From an uncultured Pseudomonas sp. (GTDB lineage Bacteria; Pseudomonadota; Gammaproteobacteria; Pseudomonadales; Pseudomonadaceae): a DNA stretch of 58,689 nucleotides. The notes under the pieces are model-generated. The model saw nothing but the letters and a program-made list of their open reading frames with translations. It searched no databases and had not been told where the DNA came from. The stretch's first letter is position 1. Each line of letters opens with the position of its first letter. The stretch covers positions 8,613 through 67,301 of the forward strand of contig CAZBNX010000001.1 in NCBI GenBank assembly GCA_964493255.1, given 5' to 3'. Shown one piece after another: positions 31,259 to 42,015 of this stretch. The translations under genes and the position numbers were made by a program.

Positions 31259-32347
31259 ATGAGCGGTGATGAACACCGGCCTATAATCATCATCCGCCGT
31301 AAAAAGGTGGTGCATGGTCACCACGGCGGCGCGTGGAAAATTGCTTTCGCTGACTTTATGACAGCGTTGATGGCACTTTTTCTTGTGTTGTGGCTGTTGT
31401 CTTCTTCATCGCCACAGCATAAACAGGCTGTGGCCGAGTATTTCAGTACGCCGCTCATTGCTGCTATTGGCGCGGGTGATCGTAATGCTTCCAGTGCCAG
31501 CGTTATTCCGGGAGGGGGGCCTGATCCTACTTTCTCCGAAGGTGAGCGCGATCGCATTGACCCGCGTGAACAGCAGCTTTTGGCTGAAGAACGTGAACGC
31601 ATGGAAGAGCTGAAAGAACGTATAGAAGACGTTATTAACAGCAATGCACAGCTCAAAGAAATCCGTGATCAAATTCGTATTGATGCAACCCCTGAAGGCT
31701 TACGAATTCAGTTAGTGGATACAGAACAGCGCCCGATGTTTGAATTGGGCAGTGTGCGTTTAGCGCCCTATATGAAGACGTTACTTCGTACAATTGCGCC
31801 GATGTTGAATCAGTTACCGAATCGTATTCAAATCAGTGGACACACCGACGGCGTTCCTTACGTTGGTGGTGAGTCGGGTTATAGTAACTGGGAATTGTCG
31901 GCAGACCGTGCGGGTGCATCAAGGCGCGAGCTGATTACCGGTGGCTTGGCACCAGACAAATTGCTACGTGTGTCTGGCATGGCTGATCGTGTACCTTTTC
32001 CTGGTGCAGCACCGAATGCGGCAACAAATAGGCGGATTATGGTCGTAGTTTTAAATAGCAGCACGACTAAAGCAGTGTTAAGTCCGGGCGAAACAGCCAA
32101 GCCTGTGCCGACGCCTGCGCCTGCCGCTGTACCTCCTGCGCCTCCAGCGACGGCTCCGGCGACGCCATCAACCTTGCCATCGCCGACGGGTTCTTTGTCG
32201 ATTCCGGCTGTGGCGGCACCTCCAGTTATTGTTTCGCCGCTGCTATCGCCTAAAACGCCACCCACTGCTCCGGCTGCTCCAACAGCAACGCCAGCACCTA
32301 TACAAATAACAACGCCTGCCGTGAACGCCCCTGCAAAAGGCCCATAG
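31259..32347 (+). CDS. motB: Stator MotB with Pro/Ala-rich tail
   Basis: HHGGAWKIAFADFMTALMALFLVLWL; OmpA-like domain ISGHTD..SNWELSADRA..NRRI. Confidence 0.96.
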   Translation: MSGDEHRPIIIIRRKKVVHGHHGGAWKIAFADFMTALMALFLVLWLLSSSSPQHKQAVAEYFSTPLIAAIGAGDRNASSASVIPGGGPDPTFSEGERDRIDPREQQLLAEERERMEELKERIEDVINSNAQLKEIRDQIRIDATPEGLRIQLVDTEQRPMFELGSVRLAPYMKTLLRTIAPMLNQLPNRIQISGHTDGVPYVGGESGYSNWELSADRAGASRRELITGGLAPDKLLRVSGMADRVPFPGAAPNAATNRRIMVVVLNSSTTKAVLSPGETAKPVPTPAPAAVPPAPPATAPATPSTLPSPTGSLSIPAVAAPPVIVSPLLSPKTPPTAPAAPTATPAPIQITTPAVNAPAKGP

Positions 32348-32388
32348 CGTAGGAATATTCACCCACTTACCACCATCTGGATGCCAGC

Positions 32389-34548
32389 ATGGATATCACC
32401 GACTTCTACGACACGTTCTTTGAAGAGGCTGCCGAGCTGCTGAGTGACATGGAGCGTTACTTGCTGGATCTGGATATTGAATCGCCGGATCCTGAGCAAC
32501 TCAATGCCATTTTCCGGGCCGCACACTCAATTAAAGGCGGCGCTGGTGCTTTTGGTTTTGATGTGCTGCAAAAAACCACGCACATCTTTGAAAACCTGCT
32601 CGACCATTTACGTCGTGGCGAGTTGACATTGCGCCGCGACATCGTTGACATTTTCTTGGAAACCAAAGACATGCTGCAAGATCAGCTGGACGCCTATCGT
32701 AATAGCGCCGAGCCTGATGCAGAGGCCTTTGCCCGCATTTGTCAAATTCTCCAGCGAATTGCGTTGGAAGAAATCGAGAACAAAAAGCCGGGAGCCTCTT
32801 CTACCGTCGTCGCTCAACCTGTCGTAGAGGCTCCTAAGCCTATTCCTACGCCGCCGCCTGCGGTCGTAAAGCAACCCGAAGCCGTTAAGAAAACGGAAGA
32901 GTATGCTGCTACCGGTGATGCCGCGCGCGTCAGTGTTGCGCTATTGGGTGTCAGCCTAAAAGACCGTGCGTTGCTGGTGGAGGAGTTAAAGCAATTCGGT
33001 AAGGTGGTTAAAGAGTCCGGCACCGAGCAGCGGTATGAAGTAGAACTGCTCAGTGCAGAAGACCCTAGCGACATCGAAGCAGTGCTGTGTTTTGTCGTAG
33101 AACCCGACCAATTAGAAATTTGTGTGTTAGGTATTGCTGAAGAGGCTGCCGACACGCCTGCTGCGTCGGTCAGTGCTCCGCCAGCTCCGGCGAACAATGC
33201 AGAAGATGATTTAGAGGCTATGTTTGATGCAGCCTCGGCGGCCACATTTGCCGCTATGAGTGCGCCTGCACCTAAAGCAGCGCCCGCTTCTGCTGCGCCG
33301 ATGCCTGCGCCTAAAGCCGCTCCCGCTGCTCCGCGCGCGCCTGCGGCTGAAAAAGCACCCGCAGCGAACAGTGAATCAACAACGCTGCGCGTTCCCGTTG
33401 ACAAAGTAGACCAAATCATCAACTTGGTGGGTGAATTGGTTATTACGCAGTCTATGCTGGAGCAGTCAGTCAGCCAATTAGACGGTGCTATTCACGGCGA
33501 ATTAGTGAATGGCATGAGTTTATTGCAGCGTAATGCGCGCGATTTACAAGAAGCGGTTATGTCTATTCGTATGGTGCCGATGGACTTTGTGTTCAGTCGC
33601 TTCCCGCGCCAAGTACGTGATTTAGCCAGTAAGCTCGGTAAAGATGTTGAGTTAATTACTGAAGGTAAATCTACTGAACTAGATAAAAGTTTGGTGGAGC
33701 GGATTGTCGATCCATTAAGCCACTTGGTCCGTAATAGTTTGGATCATGGCTTAGAAATGCCAGAAATACGGGTTGCCGCAGGCAAGCCTCGTACAGGGCG
33801 GTTGACACTTTCTGCACAGCACCAAGGCGGTAACATTGTCATTGATGTTATTGATGATGGCGCTGGTTTGAACCGTGACAAAATTCTCGCCAAGGCGCGT
33901 AGTAGTGGTCTGCCTGTTTCAGACAACATGACCGACGAGGATGTTTTCCAATTAATTTTTGCCCCCGGATTTTCCACTGCCGAGCAAGTAACCGATGTTT
34001 CTGGACGCGGTGTAGGCATGGACGTGGTGAAGCGAAATATTCAGTCTTTAGGTGGGCATGTACAAATTATTTCGCGTAAAGGCCAAGGCACTACCACGCG
34101 AATTGTATTACCACTGACACTGGCTATTTTGGATGGCATGTCGATTCGTGTTGCTGACGAGATATTTATTCTTCCGCTGAATGCAGTATTAGAATCTTTA
34201 CAGCCGCGCAGTGAAGATATTTATTCGATGGCAGGTACTGATCAGCTCTTAAAAGTGCGTGATGAATATTTGCCGATGGTTTCTCTTTATCAAGTCTTTA
34301 ATATTCCTGAAGCACGCACAAATGCTACGGAATGTATTGTAGTGATTGTGCAGGGTGAAGGGCGTCGTTATGCGCTGGTCGTGGACGACCTCATTGGCCA
34401 GCAACAGGTCGTGGTGAAGAATCTGGAAACGAACTACCGAAAAGTACCCGGTGTTTCCGCCGCTACTATTTTGGGTGATGGTAGCGTCGCTTTGATTCTC
34501 GATATCGCTGATCTTTATCGCCTTAGCCGTGTTTCGGGTGCGGCTTAA
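32389..34548 (+). CDS. cheA: Chemotaxis histidine kinase CheA
   Basis: IFRAAHSIKGG (Hpt), HLVRNSLDHG, IFAPGFSTAEQVTDVSGRGVGMDVV, C-terminal CheW domain. Confidence 0.98.
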   Translation: MDITDFYDTFFEEAAELLSDMERYLLDLDIESPDPEQLNAIFRAAHSIKGGAGAFGFDVLQKTTHIFENLLDHLRRGELTLRRDIVDIFLETKDMLQDQLDAYRNSAEPDAEAFARICQILQRIALEEIENKKPGASSTVVAQPVVEAPKPIPTPPPAVVKQPEAVKKTEEYAATGDAARVSVALLGVSLKDRALLVEELKQFGKVVKESGTEQRYEVELLSAEDPSDIEAVLCFVVEPDQLEICVLGIAEEAADTPAASVSAPPAPANNAEDDLEAMFDAASAATFAAMSAPAPKAAPASAAPMPAPKAAPAAPRAPAAEKAPAANSESTTLRVPVDKVDQIINLVGELVITQSMLEQSVSQLDGAIHGELVNGMSLLQRNARDLQEAVMSIRMVPMDFVFSRFPRQVRDLASKLGKDVELITEGKSTELDKSLVERIVDPLSHLVRNSLDHGLEMPEIRVAAGKPRTGRLTLSAQHQGGNIVIDVIDDGAGLNRDKILAKARSSGLPVSDNMTDEDVFQLIFAPGFSTAEQVTDVSGRGVGMDVVKRNIQSLGGHVQIISRKGQGTTTRIVLPLTLAILDGMSIRVADEIFILPLNAVLESLQPRSEDIYSMAGTDQLLKVRDEYLPMVSLYQVFNIPEARTNATECIVVIVQGEGRRYALVVDDLIGQQQVVVKNLETNYRKVPGVSAATILGDGSVALILDIADLYRLSRVSGAA

Positions 34549-34581
34549 ATCGGGCATCTGCTGTTTGCATAGGAGACTTCC

Positions 34582-35076
34582 ATGACGCTAAATCAATCTG
34601 AATTTGCTGCGACTAATGAAGGCCATAGCCGAGAGTATTTAGTTTTCTCGCTGGGAAGTGAGGAATACGCAATTGATATTCTGAAGGCGCAAGAAATTCG
34701 TGGTTATGAAAATGTGACCCGTATTGCAAATACGCCAAATTTTATTAAAGGCGTGACCAATCTTCGCGGTGTGATTGTACCTATTGTAGATTTGCGTATT
34801 AAGTTTAATTTAGCCAGTGTGGAATATGGCGGACAGACGGTCGTTATTGTTGTAAATGTTGGGCATCGTGTTGTGGGTGTGGTTGTAGATGGCGTCTCCG
34901 ATGTAATGACGTTAGATGCCAGTCAAATAAAACCTGCACCGGAATTTAGCTTGTCTTTATCGTCAGATTATTTAAGTGGTTTGGCCAGTGTTGGTGAGCG
35001 TATGTTGGTGCTCGTTGACATTGAAAAATTGCTGAACAGCGAGGAGATGGCGCTTGTAGATCGCGTCGCGCGCTAA
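34582..35076 (+). CDS. cheW: CheW
   Basis: [32 protein letters not shown]. Confidence 0.97.
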   Translation: MTLNQSEFAATNEGHSREYLVFSLGSEEYAIDILKAQEIRGYENVTRIANTPNFIKGVTNLRGVIVPIVDLRIKFNLASVEYGGQTVVIVVNVGHRVVGVVVDGVSDVMTLDASQIKPAPEFSLSLSSDYLSGLASVGERMLVLVDIEKLLNSEEMALVDRVAR

Positions 35077-35212
35077 CACCCAGCACGCCAAGGATTTGGC
35101 GCGTCTTGGACTCAAGTCGGATTGTGCAATACGGACTATCTGGTCAATAAATTGACGTCAAAGATAGCTCCTGTACTTTGGTAGGAGTCATGCACACCGG
35201 AAGGGTCTTTTT

Positions 35213-36787
35213 ATGCGTAATCTGACGATCAAGCAAAAGCTGTGGGGCATTTTCTGGGCGTCTTGGTTGGCGATGTCGTTAATTGCTGGCTGGGGCGCTT
35301 GGAGCACACGTGTGGCGATGGTTGCTGAACGTGAGAAACAAGCCGAGCAGCAGGTGGCCATTGCCATGTCCGTGTTGGCTGATGCCGCCGAGCGTGTAAA
35401 TCGTGGCAGCATGACAATCGCCGAAGCGCAGAAATACGCAGTTGATTTGATAAAGCCGATGCGTTACAGCGGTGGACGTGGTTACTTCTTTATCTTTGAT
35501 CGTCCGCTTAATAATATTAGCCATCCAACTATTCCAATTGGTAGTAGCCTCGTTGATTTCAAAGATGTTGACGGCGGTTTATTGTTTCGTGAGTTCCTAG
35601 CTGCGGCTGAAAAAAACAATGGCCATGCCTTCGTTAATTATCGGTGGAAACATGCTGGAACCGGCGAGCCAGAGCCTAAGCGTTCGCATATTAAACGCTT
35701 TGATAATTGGAGCTGGTATGTAGGTACTGGCGTTTATATGAGCGATATTGATGCTGCTTTTATGAGTAGTTTAGTCGGTTCGCTTATACAGTTGCTCGTT
35801 GTTGGATTGCTGCTGAGTATATTTATTAATTGGGTAACGCGAGGGTTACAGCGTAGCTTAGGCGGTGATCCTGCTTATGCTGCAACGATTGTTCGCAAAA
35901 TCGCTGATGGTGATTTAAGTGTGCGCCCTAAATTAGAATCTGGCGATGAAAGCAGCTTATTAGCAGCCATTGCGCGTATGTCGGAACGGTTAGGTCGTAT
36001 TGTTGGCGATATTCAAAACAGTGCAGAAGAATTAAATGCGGCTGTCGGTAATATCAGTTCAGGTAATACGGAATTATCAGCACGCACTGAACAGCAAGCC
36101 GCAGCACTGACGCAAACCGCTTCTACTATGGAAGAGTTGACCGCGACTGTTAGGCAAAATGCAGAAAATGCGACGCAGGCATGTAGTTTAGCGGCTAATT
36201 GTGCGACGAATGCGCGTGAAGGCGGTACATCTATGGAGCAAGTGGTGGTTAGTATGCGTGCCATTCAAAGCAGCGCAGAGAAAATGGCCAGCATTGTGGA
36301 TACCATTGATTCTATTGCGTTTCAAACCAACATATTGGCGTTAAATGCCTCGGTTGAAGCGGCGCGTGCTGGTGAACAAGGGCGCGGTTTTGCGGTGGTG
36401 GCGGGGGAAGTGCGTAATTTAGCCAGTCGCAGTGCCGATGCAGCGCGTGAAATTAAAACACTGATTGGCAGTGCTGGTGAGCAGGTTCGGGCAGGCAATC
36501 TTCGTGTAGAAGAAGCGGGTGCTGTTATTCGTGGTGTCGTTACTGATATGGGACGCTTAAATACACTTATTGGCGAAATATCTTCGGCATCTAATGAGCA
36601 GAGTCATGGCATTGAACAAATTAATGTCGCTGTTGCAGAGATGGATCAAATGACACAGCGTAATGCGCGTTTAGTGCAAGATAGCGCCGCTTCATCTTCT
36701 TGTTTAGACCGACAGAGTGAGCGTTTAAAAGAGCATGTAGCGAGCTTCACTATTAATAACAGTGGGCGTTCGCAGAACCTGCATTAA
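35213..36787 (+). CDS. Methyl-accepting chemotaxis protein with single Cache-2-like sensor
   Basis: TM, then MRYSGGRGYFFI..HP..KDVDG..FVNYRWK..PKRSHIKRFDNWSWYVGTGVY, TM, HAMP and signalling domain [34 protein letters not shown]. Confidence 0.92.
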   Translation: MRNLTIKQKLWGIFWASWLAMSLIAGWGAWSTRVAMVAEREKQAEQQVAIAMSVLADAAERVNRGSMTIAEAQKYAVDLIKPMRYSGGRGYFFIFDRPLNNISHPTIPIGSSLVDFKDVDGGLLFREFLAAAEKNNGHAFVNYRWKHAGTGEPEPKRSHIKRFDNWSWYVGTGVYMSDIDAAFMSSLVGSLIQLLVVGLLLSIFINWVTRGLQRSLGGDPAYAATIVRKIADGDLSVRPKLESGDESSLLAAIARMSERLGRIVGDIQNSAEELNAAVGNISSGNTELSARTEQQAAALTQTASTMEELTATVRQNAENATQACSLAANCATNAREGGTSMEQVVVSMRAIQSSAEKMASIVDTIDSIAFQTNILALNASVEAARAGEQGRGFAVVAGEVRNLASRSADAAREIKTLIGSAGEQVRAGNLRVEEAGAVIRGVVTDMGRLNTLIGEISSASNEQSHGIEQINVAVAEMDQMTQRNARLVQDSAASSSCLDRQSERLKEHVASFTINNSGRSQNLH

Positions 36788-36838
36788 GCAGCATAGGCCA
36801 ACGCCAAAAATAGGCAATGACGTAACGGGGAGAAAAGA

Positions 36839-38155
36839 GTGAAATTACTCGATAATATGACCGTGCGCTTGAGTTGGGCGTTGGTTCTGGTGTTGTTTGT
36901 TGGATTAATTGTTGTATTGGGCATTTTGGGCTTGTATAGCGTGGGGCATACAGAGCGTATGTTATCCGCACTAGGTAATGTCGATGTTGCCCATGGTTTT
37001 TCTGATTTTGCGATGTGGATTAGAGTTGCAATTGCTGCTATCTTAATTATTACTGTGTTGGCGGTTGCTGTTGTGTTATGGGGCGTTTCAACTAATGTAT
37101 TACGTCCTTTACAGCGAGTGGTAGATCATTGCGAACAAATGGCATCGGGTAATCTTGCTGGGCAAATTACAGTACATAGTAACAATGAAATAGGAAAATT
37201 ATTTGCGGGTTTATCGCATATCCAGAAATATATCTCGGAAACGGTAAGCACTGTACGTCACAGTAGTCAGTTAATTGATGCAGGCGCGCAAGAAATTGCA
37301 GAAGGTGGCACGCGACTTTCTGACCGTACTATTGAGCAAGCGGCTTCTTTAGAGAATACCGCGTCTAGTATGGAAGAACTGACATCTACCGTGGGGCAAA
37401 ATGCCGACAATGCCCGACAAGCCAGCCGTTTAGCGGACGGTGCTGCTCAGGCGGCCAAACGTGGCGGAACGGTAATGGAAGACGTTGTTAATACAATGGG
37501 TGAAATAAATACTAGTTCGCGCAAAGTTGCGGAAATTATTCGCTTAATTGATTCCATTGCATTTCAAACTAATATATTGGCCTTAAATGCGTCGGTAGAA
37601 GCAGCGCGTGCTGGTGAGCAAGGGCGTGGTTTTGCCGTGGTGGCGGGTGAGGTGCGTAGTTTGGCGAGCCGCAGCGCGGCGGCAGCGCAAGAAATTCGAG
37701 CGTTGATTAATACTTCCGTTGAGCAAGTAGAGAATGGCAGTCATCTGGTAGAGCAAGCTGGCGATGCGATGCGCGAAATCGTTGATTCTGTGCAAAAAGT
37801 TGCTGACATTATGGACGAAATTGCGGCTGCTTCCCAAGAGCAAAGTAAGGGTATTTCTCTTGTAAATCAAGCTGTTACGCAGATGGATACCTCGACGCAA
37901 CAAAATGCGGGTTTGGTACAAGACACGACACGCAGCGCAGCCGATTTAGTGGGAGAGGCGCAACGCTTGCGCCAGGCGGTGGGTGGTTTCCGTGTTCGTG
38001 CGGAATTTGAAATTGCGTCATCTGAGCGTACCTACAAGCAATCATCTGCATTAACGCAGGCATCACCCAGTTTGATTAAAGTAAAAGCGACATCTTCCTC
38101 GAAATCTACAGAAACTGCTCCAGCCAAAGCGGTCGATGATTGGGAAATATTTTAA
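36839..38155 (+). CDS. Methyl-accepting chemotaxis protein with very short periplasmic loop and C-terminal pentapeptide DWEIF
   Basis: Two transmembrane segments about 25 aa apart, HAMP, signalling domain; ends VDDWEIF. Confidence 0.92.
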   Translation: MKLLDNMTVRLSWALVLVLFVGLIVVLGILGLYSVGHTERMLSALGNVDVAHGFSDFAMWIRVAIAAILIITVLAVAVVLWGVSTNVLRPLQRVVDHCEQMASGNLAGQITVHSNNEIGKLFAGLSHIQKYISETVSTVRHSSQLIDAGAQEIAEGGTRLSDRTIEQAASLENTASSMEELTSTVGQNADNARQASRLADGAAQAAKRGGTVMEDVVNTMGEINTSSRKVAEIIRLIDSIAFQTNILALNASVEAARAGEQGRGFAVVAGEVRSLASRSAAAAQEIRALINTSVEQVENGSHLVEQAGDAMREIVDSVQKVADIMDEIAAASQEQSKGISLVNQAVTQMDTSTQQNAGLVQDTTRSAADLVGEAQRLRQAVGGFRVRAEFEIASSERTYKQSSALTQASPSLIKVKATSSSKSTETAPAKAVDDWEIF

Positions 38156-38166
38156 TAGTTTCATTA

Positions 38167-38203
38167 GGCTGTGGCTGATAAGTATTGGCCGCAGCTTTTT
38201 ATT
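38167..38203 (+). terminator. Intrinsic terminator-like hairpin between the DWEIF receptor and aer
   Basis: GGCTGTGGCTGA-loop-TTGGCCGCAGCT (with GU pairs) followed by TTTTATT. Confidence 0.6.
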
Positions 38204-38233
38204 AGGATTTAAATAAATCAGGAGATCAGTATT

Positions 38234-39838
38234 ATGCGTAATAATCAACCTGTCACGCAGCAAGAGTATTTGCTGGCAGATGATGATTTCCTGATTTCGC
38301 GTACTGATGCTAAAGGACGTATTACTTATGCGAGTCCAGCGTTTGTGCGTGCGAGTGGTTTTTCGCTGGATGAATTAATGGGGGCTAGTCATAACATAGT
38401 CAGGCATCCAGATATGCCGCCAGCCGCTTTTGCTAATTTATGGGAAACAATTAAAAAAGGACAAAGTTGGAATGGTTTTGTAAAGAATAGGCGTAAAAAC
38501 GGAGACCATTACTGGGTTTACGCTAACGTGACGCCTATTTTCGATAGTGGGCAATTAACGGGTTATACCTCTGTCCGGGTTAAACCTAGTCGAGAGGATG
38601 TAGCAAAGGCAGACACTGCTTATCGAGATATAATCGCAGGACGTGGTAATCATTTAACGCTGCATCGTGGGCAGCTTAGAAAAAAGGGATTGCTGGGCTT
38701 TTTATCAACGCTGAAACCCTGGTCTTCGTTACAAGGAAGATTAGTGCTTTTTACCTTGCTGGCCGTGTTTTTTATTGCATTAAATGCGATATTGGGCGTC
38801 TATGCAATTCATACGTCAGCGCATGTAAATAGCATGTATATGCTGCTATTAGCAACCAGTATTATAGGTAGTTTGTCGCTGGCTGGATTGGGCTATTTAA
38901 TAATACGACGTGTGAAATTTCCTTTGCAGGCCGTGCGTGATTTTACTCTGCAATTAGCTGCCGGAAATTTAGAAGCGCAATTAAATGAAGGACGCCTCAT
39001 TGAAGTAAAGCAGCTAACGTCATCGTTATCGACGCTGCGTAAAGGGTTAATTAGTATTGCTTCTGATGTGAGAGGCGATATGGAGTTATTCTTGATATCG
39101 GCCCGTGAAATTGCACAAGGTAATCAGGATTTAGCTTCACGCACGGATGAACAGGCGCATTCGTTACAACAAACTGCCAGTAGTATGGAAGAAATCACCA
39201 GCACCGTTGAACAAAATGCGAGTAATGCGAAGCAGGCGAGTCAATTAGCGGGGGCGGCCACTTGCTCTGTGCAGACCAATGGTAAGGTGATGCGTGACGT
39301 TGTTGGAAAAATGAACGCGATTACGGAAAGCGCGCATAAAATGCGTGAAATTATTAACGTGATTGACGCTATTGCGTTTCAGACGAATATTTTAGCGTTA
39401 AATGCGTCTGTGGAAGCGGCGCGCGCGGGTGAGCAAGGGAAAGGCTTTGCTGTGGTAGCGACGGAAGTTCGTAATTTAGCGAGTCGTTCAGCCACGGCAG
39501 CTCAGGAAATTCGACACTTAATAGATAATTCATCTCAACAAATTGAAATGGGCGCGGATTTGGTGTGTGGCGCTGAAATGGGCATTGAAGATGTCATACA
39601 AGCTGTGACCAAGGTCAACGACATAATAGGGGAAATTTCTGTAGCGTCATCAGAACAGAGTAGTGGAATCACGTTGGTTAATCAGGCTGTCGCACAGATG
39701 GATGCGGTTACCCAACAGAATGCTATTCTAGTGCAAGACGCGGCGCGAATTGCCAAGCGGCTCGAAGACCAAGTGAGTGAGGTTGAGCGCGCTATTGCAG
39801 TTTTTCGTTTAGAACGCGTTGCCCGTAAACAGACCTAA
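38234..39838 (+). CDS. aer: Aerotaxis receptor Aer
   Basis: [12 protein letters not shown]; PAS domain with [27 protein letters not shown]; membrane hairpin, HAMP and MCP domain. Confidence 0.93.
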   Translation: MRNNQPVTQQEYLLADDDFLISRTDAKGRITYASPAFVRASGFSLDELMGASHNIVRHPDMPPAAFANLWETIKKGQSWNGFVKNRRKNGDHYWVYANVTPIFDSGQLTGYTSVRVKPSREDVAKADTAYRDIIAGRGNHLTLHRGQLRKKGLLGFLSTLKPWSSLQGRLVLFTLLAVFFIALNAILGVYAIHTSAHVNSMYMLLLATSIIGSLSLAGLGYLIIRRVKFPLQAVRDFTLQLAAGNLEAQLNEGRLIEVKQLTSSLSTLRKGLISIASDVRGDMELFLISAREIAQGNQDLASRTDEQAHSLQQTASSMEEITSTVEQNASNAKQASQLAGAATCSVQTNGKVMRDVVGKMNAITESAHKMREIINVIDAIAFQTNILALNASVEAARAGEQGKGFAVVATEVRNLASRSATAAQEIRHLIDNSSQQIEMGADLVCGAEMGIEDVIQAVTKVNDIIGEISVASSEQSSGITLVNQAVAQMDAVTQQNAILVQDAARIAKRLEDQVSEVERAIAVFRLERVARKQT

Positions 39839-39997
39839 TTCTAAATAAAAAGAATAGGTGTGCTGTAAAACGCGGGCTTACCGTGCAAAATTTGCACGAC
39901 AAGGGAGCCCGCAGTTAAGCACTTACGCTAACTGGGGCATTCAGCCAAGCCTGTATCGAACCGAGTGATGACTCGGTGGTCGATGTTAGGAGTCACT

Positions 39998-40870
39998 TTG
40001 AGTAGCCAGTTGCAGACTGATCTAGTCGGTGCGTCTAGTTTGCTCGGACGCGATTTAGTGTTGACGGATGCCGATTTTAATCGCATCTGTCAGCTCATTT
40101 ATGAGCGTGCAGGTATTGTCTTGGCCGAAAATAAACGTGAAATGGTATACAGCCGTTTGGCAAAACGGCTTCGCCTGCATGGTATTAGCCATTTTGGTGA
40201 ATATCTTGACCGTTTGGCACGACAACCCGCCGCGCGTGAATGGGAAGCTTTCACCAACGCGCTTACCACAAACCTGACAGCCTTCTTTCGAGAAGCGCAT
40301 CATTTCCCCCTGTTGGCCCAGCATATTTCTGGCCGCACTGAGCCTGTGCGCGTCTGGTGTGCCGCAGCATCAACCGGCGAAGAGCCGTATTCAATTGCGA
40401 TGACTTTGTTAGAAACACTTTCTCCTAGTGTCGCCAGTCAATCCCAGGTTGTGGCAACAGATATTGATACGGATGCTTTGAATAAAGCGCGAATGGGGGT
40501 TTATCCCTTAAAACAAGTGCTTGAAGTGGGTGAAGAACGTGTTCGACGTTTCTTTTTAAAAGGCAGTGGAGAGCGTGTTGGATTGGCCCGTGTACGGCCC
40601 GAATTAATGAAAATGGTGGATTTTAGGCAGTTAAACTTACATGCCCCCCGTTGGGATGTGGGTGGGCCTTTCGATGTTATTTTCTGCCGTAATATCATGA
40701 TTTATTTCGATAAGCCAAGTCAGACGCGCATTTTGAAACGCTTTGTTTCGTGTATTAAACCTGACGGTTTATTAATAACGGGCCATTCCGAAAACTTCAC
40801 TTATCTCACTGAAGATTTCAAGCTTCGTGGTCAGACGGTATATACGTTAGCTCCCGGTGCTAAACCTTGA
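39998..40870 (+). CDS. cheR: Chemotaxis methyltransferase CheR
   Basis: LTTNLTAFFREAHHF, RVWCAAASTGEEPYSIA, FDVIFCRNIMIYF; start refined to TTG after AGGAG (uncertain). Confidence 0.95.
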   Translation: MSSQLQTDLVGASSLLGRDLVLTDADFNRICQLIYERAGIVLAENKREMVYSRLAKRLRLHGISHFGEYLDRLARQPAAREWEAFTNALTTNLTAFFREAHHFPLLAQHISGRTEPVRVWCAAASTGEEPYSIAMTLLETLSPSVASQSQVVATDIDTDALNKARMGVYPLKQVLEVGEERVRRFFLKGSGERVGLARVRPELMKMVDFRQLNLHAPRWDVGGPFDVIFCRNIMIYFDKPSQTRILKRFVSCIKPDGLLITGHSENFTYLTEDFKLRGQTVYTLAPGAKP

Positions 40871-40947
40871 CGTGGGGCGCGTGAGCAACTGCATCTTGAT
40901 GCCTATTCGGTTTCGTAGGTGTTCGGTTGCCGCAAAGGAGAAATGCC

Positions 40948-42015
40948 ATGAGTATTCCAAAAATTAAGGTTCTTTGTGTTGATGATTCAGCCCTGATTCG
41001 TGATTTATTAACTGAAATCATTAACTCTCAAGGTGATATGGAGGTGGTGGCTGTTGCACCAGACCCTTTAGTCGCCCGTGATTTAATTAAACAACATAAC
41101 CCAGACGTATTAACGCTTGATGTGGAAATGCCTCGTATGGATGGCTTGGATTTCCTTGATAGATTGATGCGTTTGCGGCCCATGCCAGTGTTAATGGTGT
41201 CTTCATTGACGCAAGCGGGTTCTGAAGTCACGTTGCGCGCATTAGAACTAGGCGCACTTGATTTTATTGCTAAACCTTCTGTCGGTATTCGTGGTGGCAT
41301 GTTGGAGTATGGCGATTTAATTGCGGAAAAGATTCGTGCAGCGGCGCGCTCTCGTCCGCGCGCGCGTCAAATTTCGAGCAATGAAGGGCAAAAAGCGCAG
41401 CCGTTGCGTGTGCCGCTTATTTCGAGTGAGAAACTCGTTATTATTGGCTCCTCAACGGGTGGAACCGAAGCATTGCGCGTTTTATTAGAGCCGCTGCCTA
41501 CCAATAGTCCGGCCATTTTAATTGCCCAGCACATGCCAGGCGGTTTTACACGGTCGTTTGCTGAACGGTTAGATCGGTTATGCAACATTCGTGTTAAAGA
41601 AGCGGAGCATGGCGAGCGTATTCTTCCCGGACATGCTTATATTGCGCCCGGTGTCGCGCACTTAAAATTAGGTCGCAGTGGTGCTAACTACGTCGCGGTA
41701 TTAGATGATGGTCCGCCGGTTAATCGCCATCGTCCGTCTGTGGATGTTTTATTTAATTCTGCTGCCGAAAATGCAGGCCGCAACGCTATTGGCGTTATTC
41801 TAACTGGCATGGGTAAAGACGGCGCTAAAGGGTTACTGGCGATGCGTCAGGCGGGTGCTTACACCTTTGCACAGGATGAGGCCAGTTGTGTGGTGTTTGG
41901 GATGCCTCGTGAGGCGATAGCGATTGGTGCCGCGTGTGATGTGGTGTCGTTAGATTACATGGCCGAGCGAATTTTGAAGCAAGTGGCAGCTTCGGGACGC
42001 GCACAGCGTGTCTAA
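40948..42015 (+). CDS. cheB: Chemotaxis methylesterase CheB
   Basis: Receiver domain (TLDVEMP), [25 protein letters not shown]; start refined. Confidence 0.97.
   Translation: MSIPKIKVLCVDDSALIRDLLTEIINSQGDMEVVAVAPDPLVARDLIKQHNPDVLTLDVEMPRMDGLDFLDRLMRLRPMPVLMVSSLTQAGSEVTLRALELGALDFIAKPSVGIRGGMLEYGDLIAEKIRAAARSRPRARQISSNEGQKAQPLRVPLISSEKLVIIGSSTGGTEALRVLLEPLPTNSPAILIAQHMPGGFTRSFAERLDRLCNIRVKEAEHGERILPGHAYIAPGVAHLKLGRSGANYVAVLDDGPPVNRHRPSVDVLFNSAAENAGRNAIGVILTGMGKDGAKGLLAMRQAGAYTFAQDEASCVVFGMPREAIAIGAACDVVSLDYMAERILKQVAASGRAQRV

Noticed and set aside
35190-35225. Short upstream ORF (MHTGRVFLCVI) overlapping the MCP start
   Set aside because: AGGAG is only 2 nt from its ATG and lies in a hairpin; no support for translation.
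38154-38181. Sigma-28 promoter for aer (AATAGTTT..GCTGATAA)
   Set aside because: The -35 match and spacing are imperfect and the -10 lies inside the terminator-like stem; possible but not supportable.
36300-39500. Near-identical ~120-bp segments at about 36310, 37550 and 39365 (also 58130)
   Set aside because: They encode the conserved MCP signalling tip in paralogues; not a repeat element or array.
40871-40947. cheD remnant between cheR and cheB
   Set aside because: The gap is only 77 bp with no recognisable CheD sequence.
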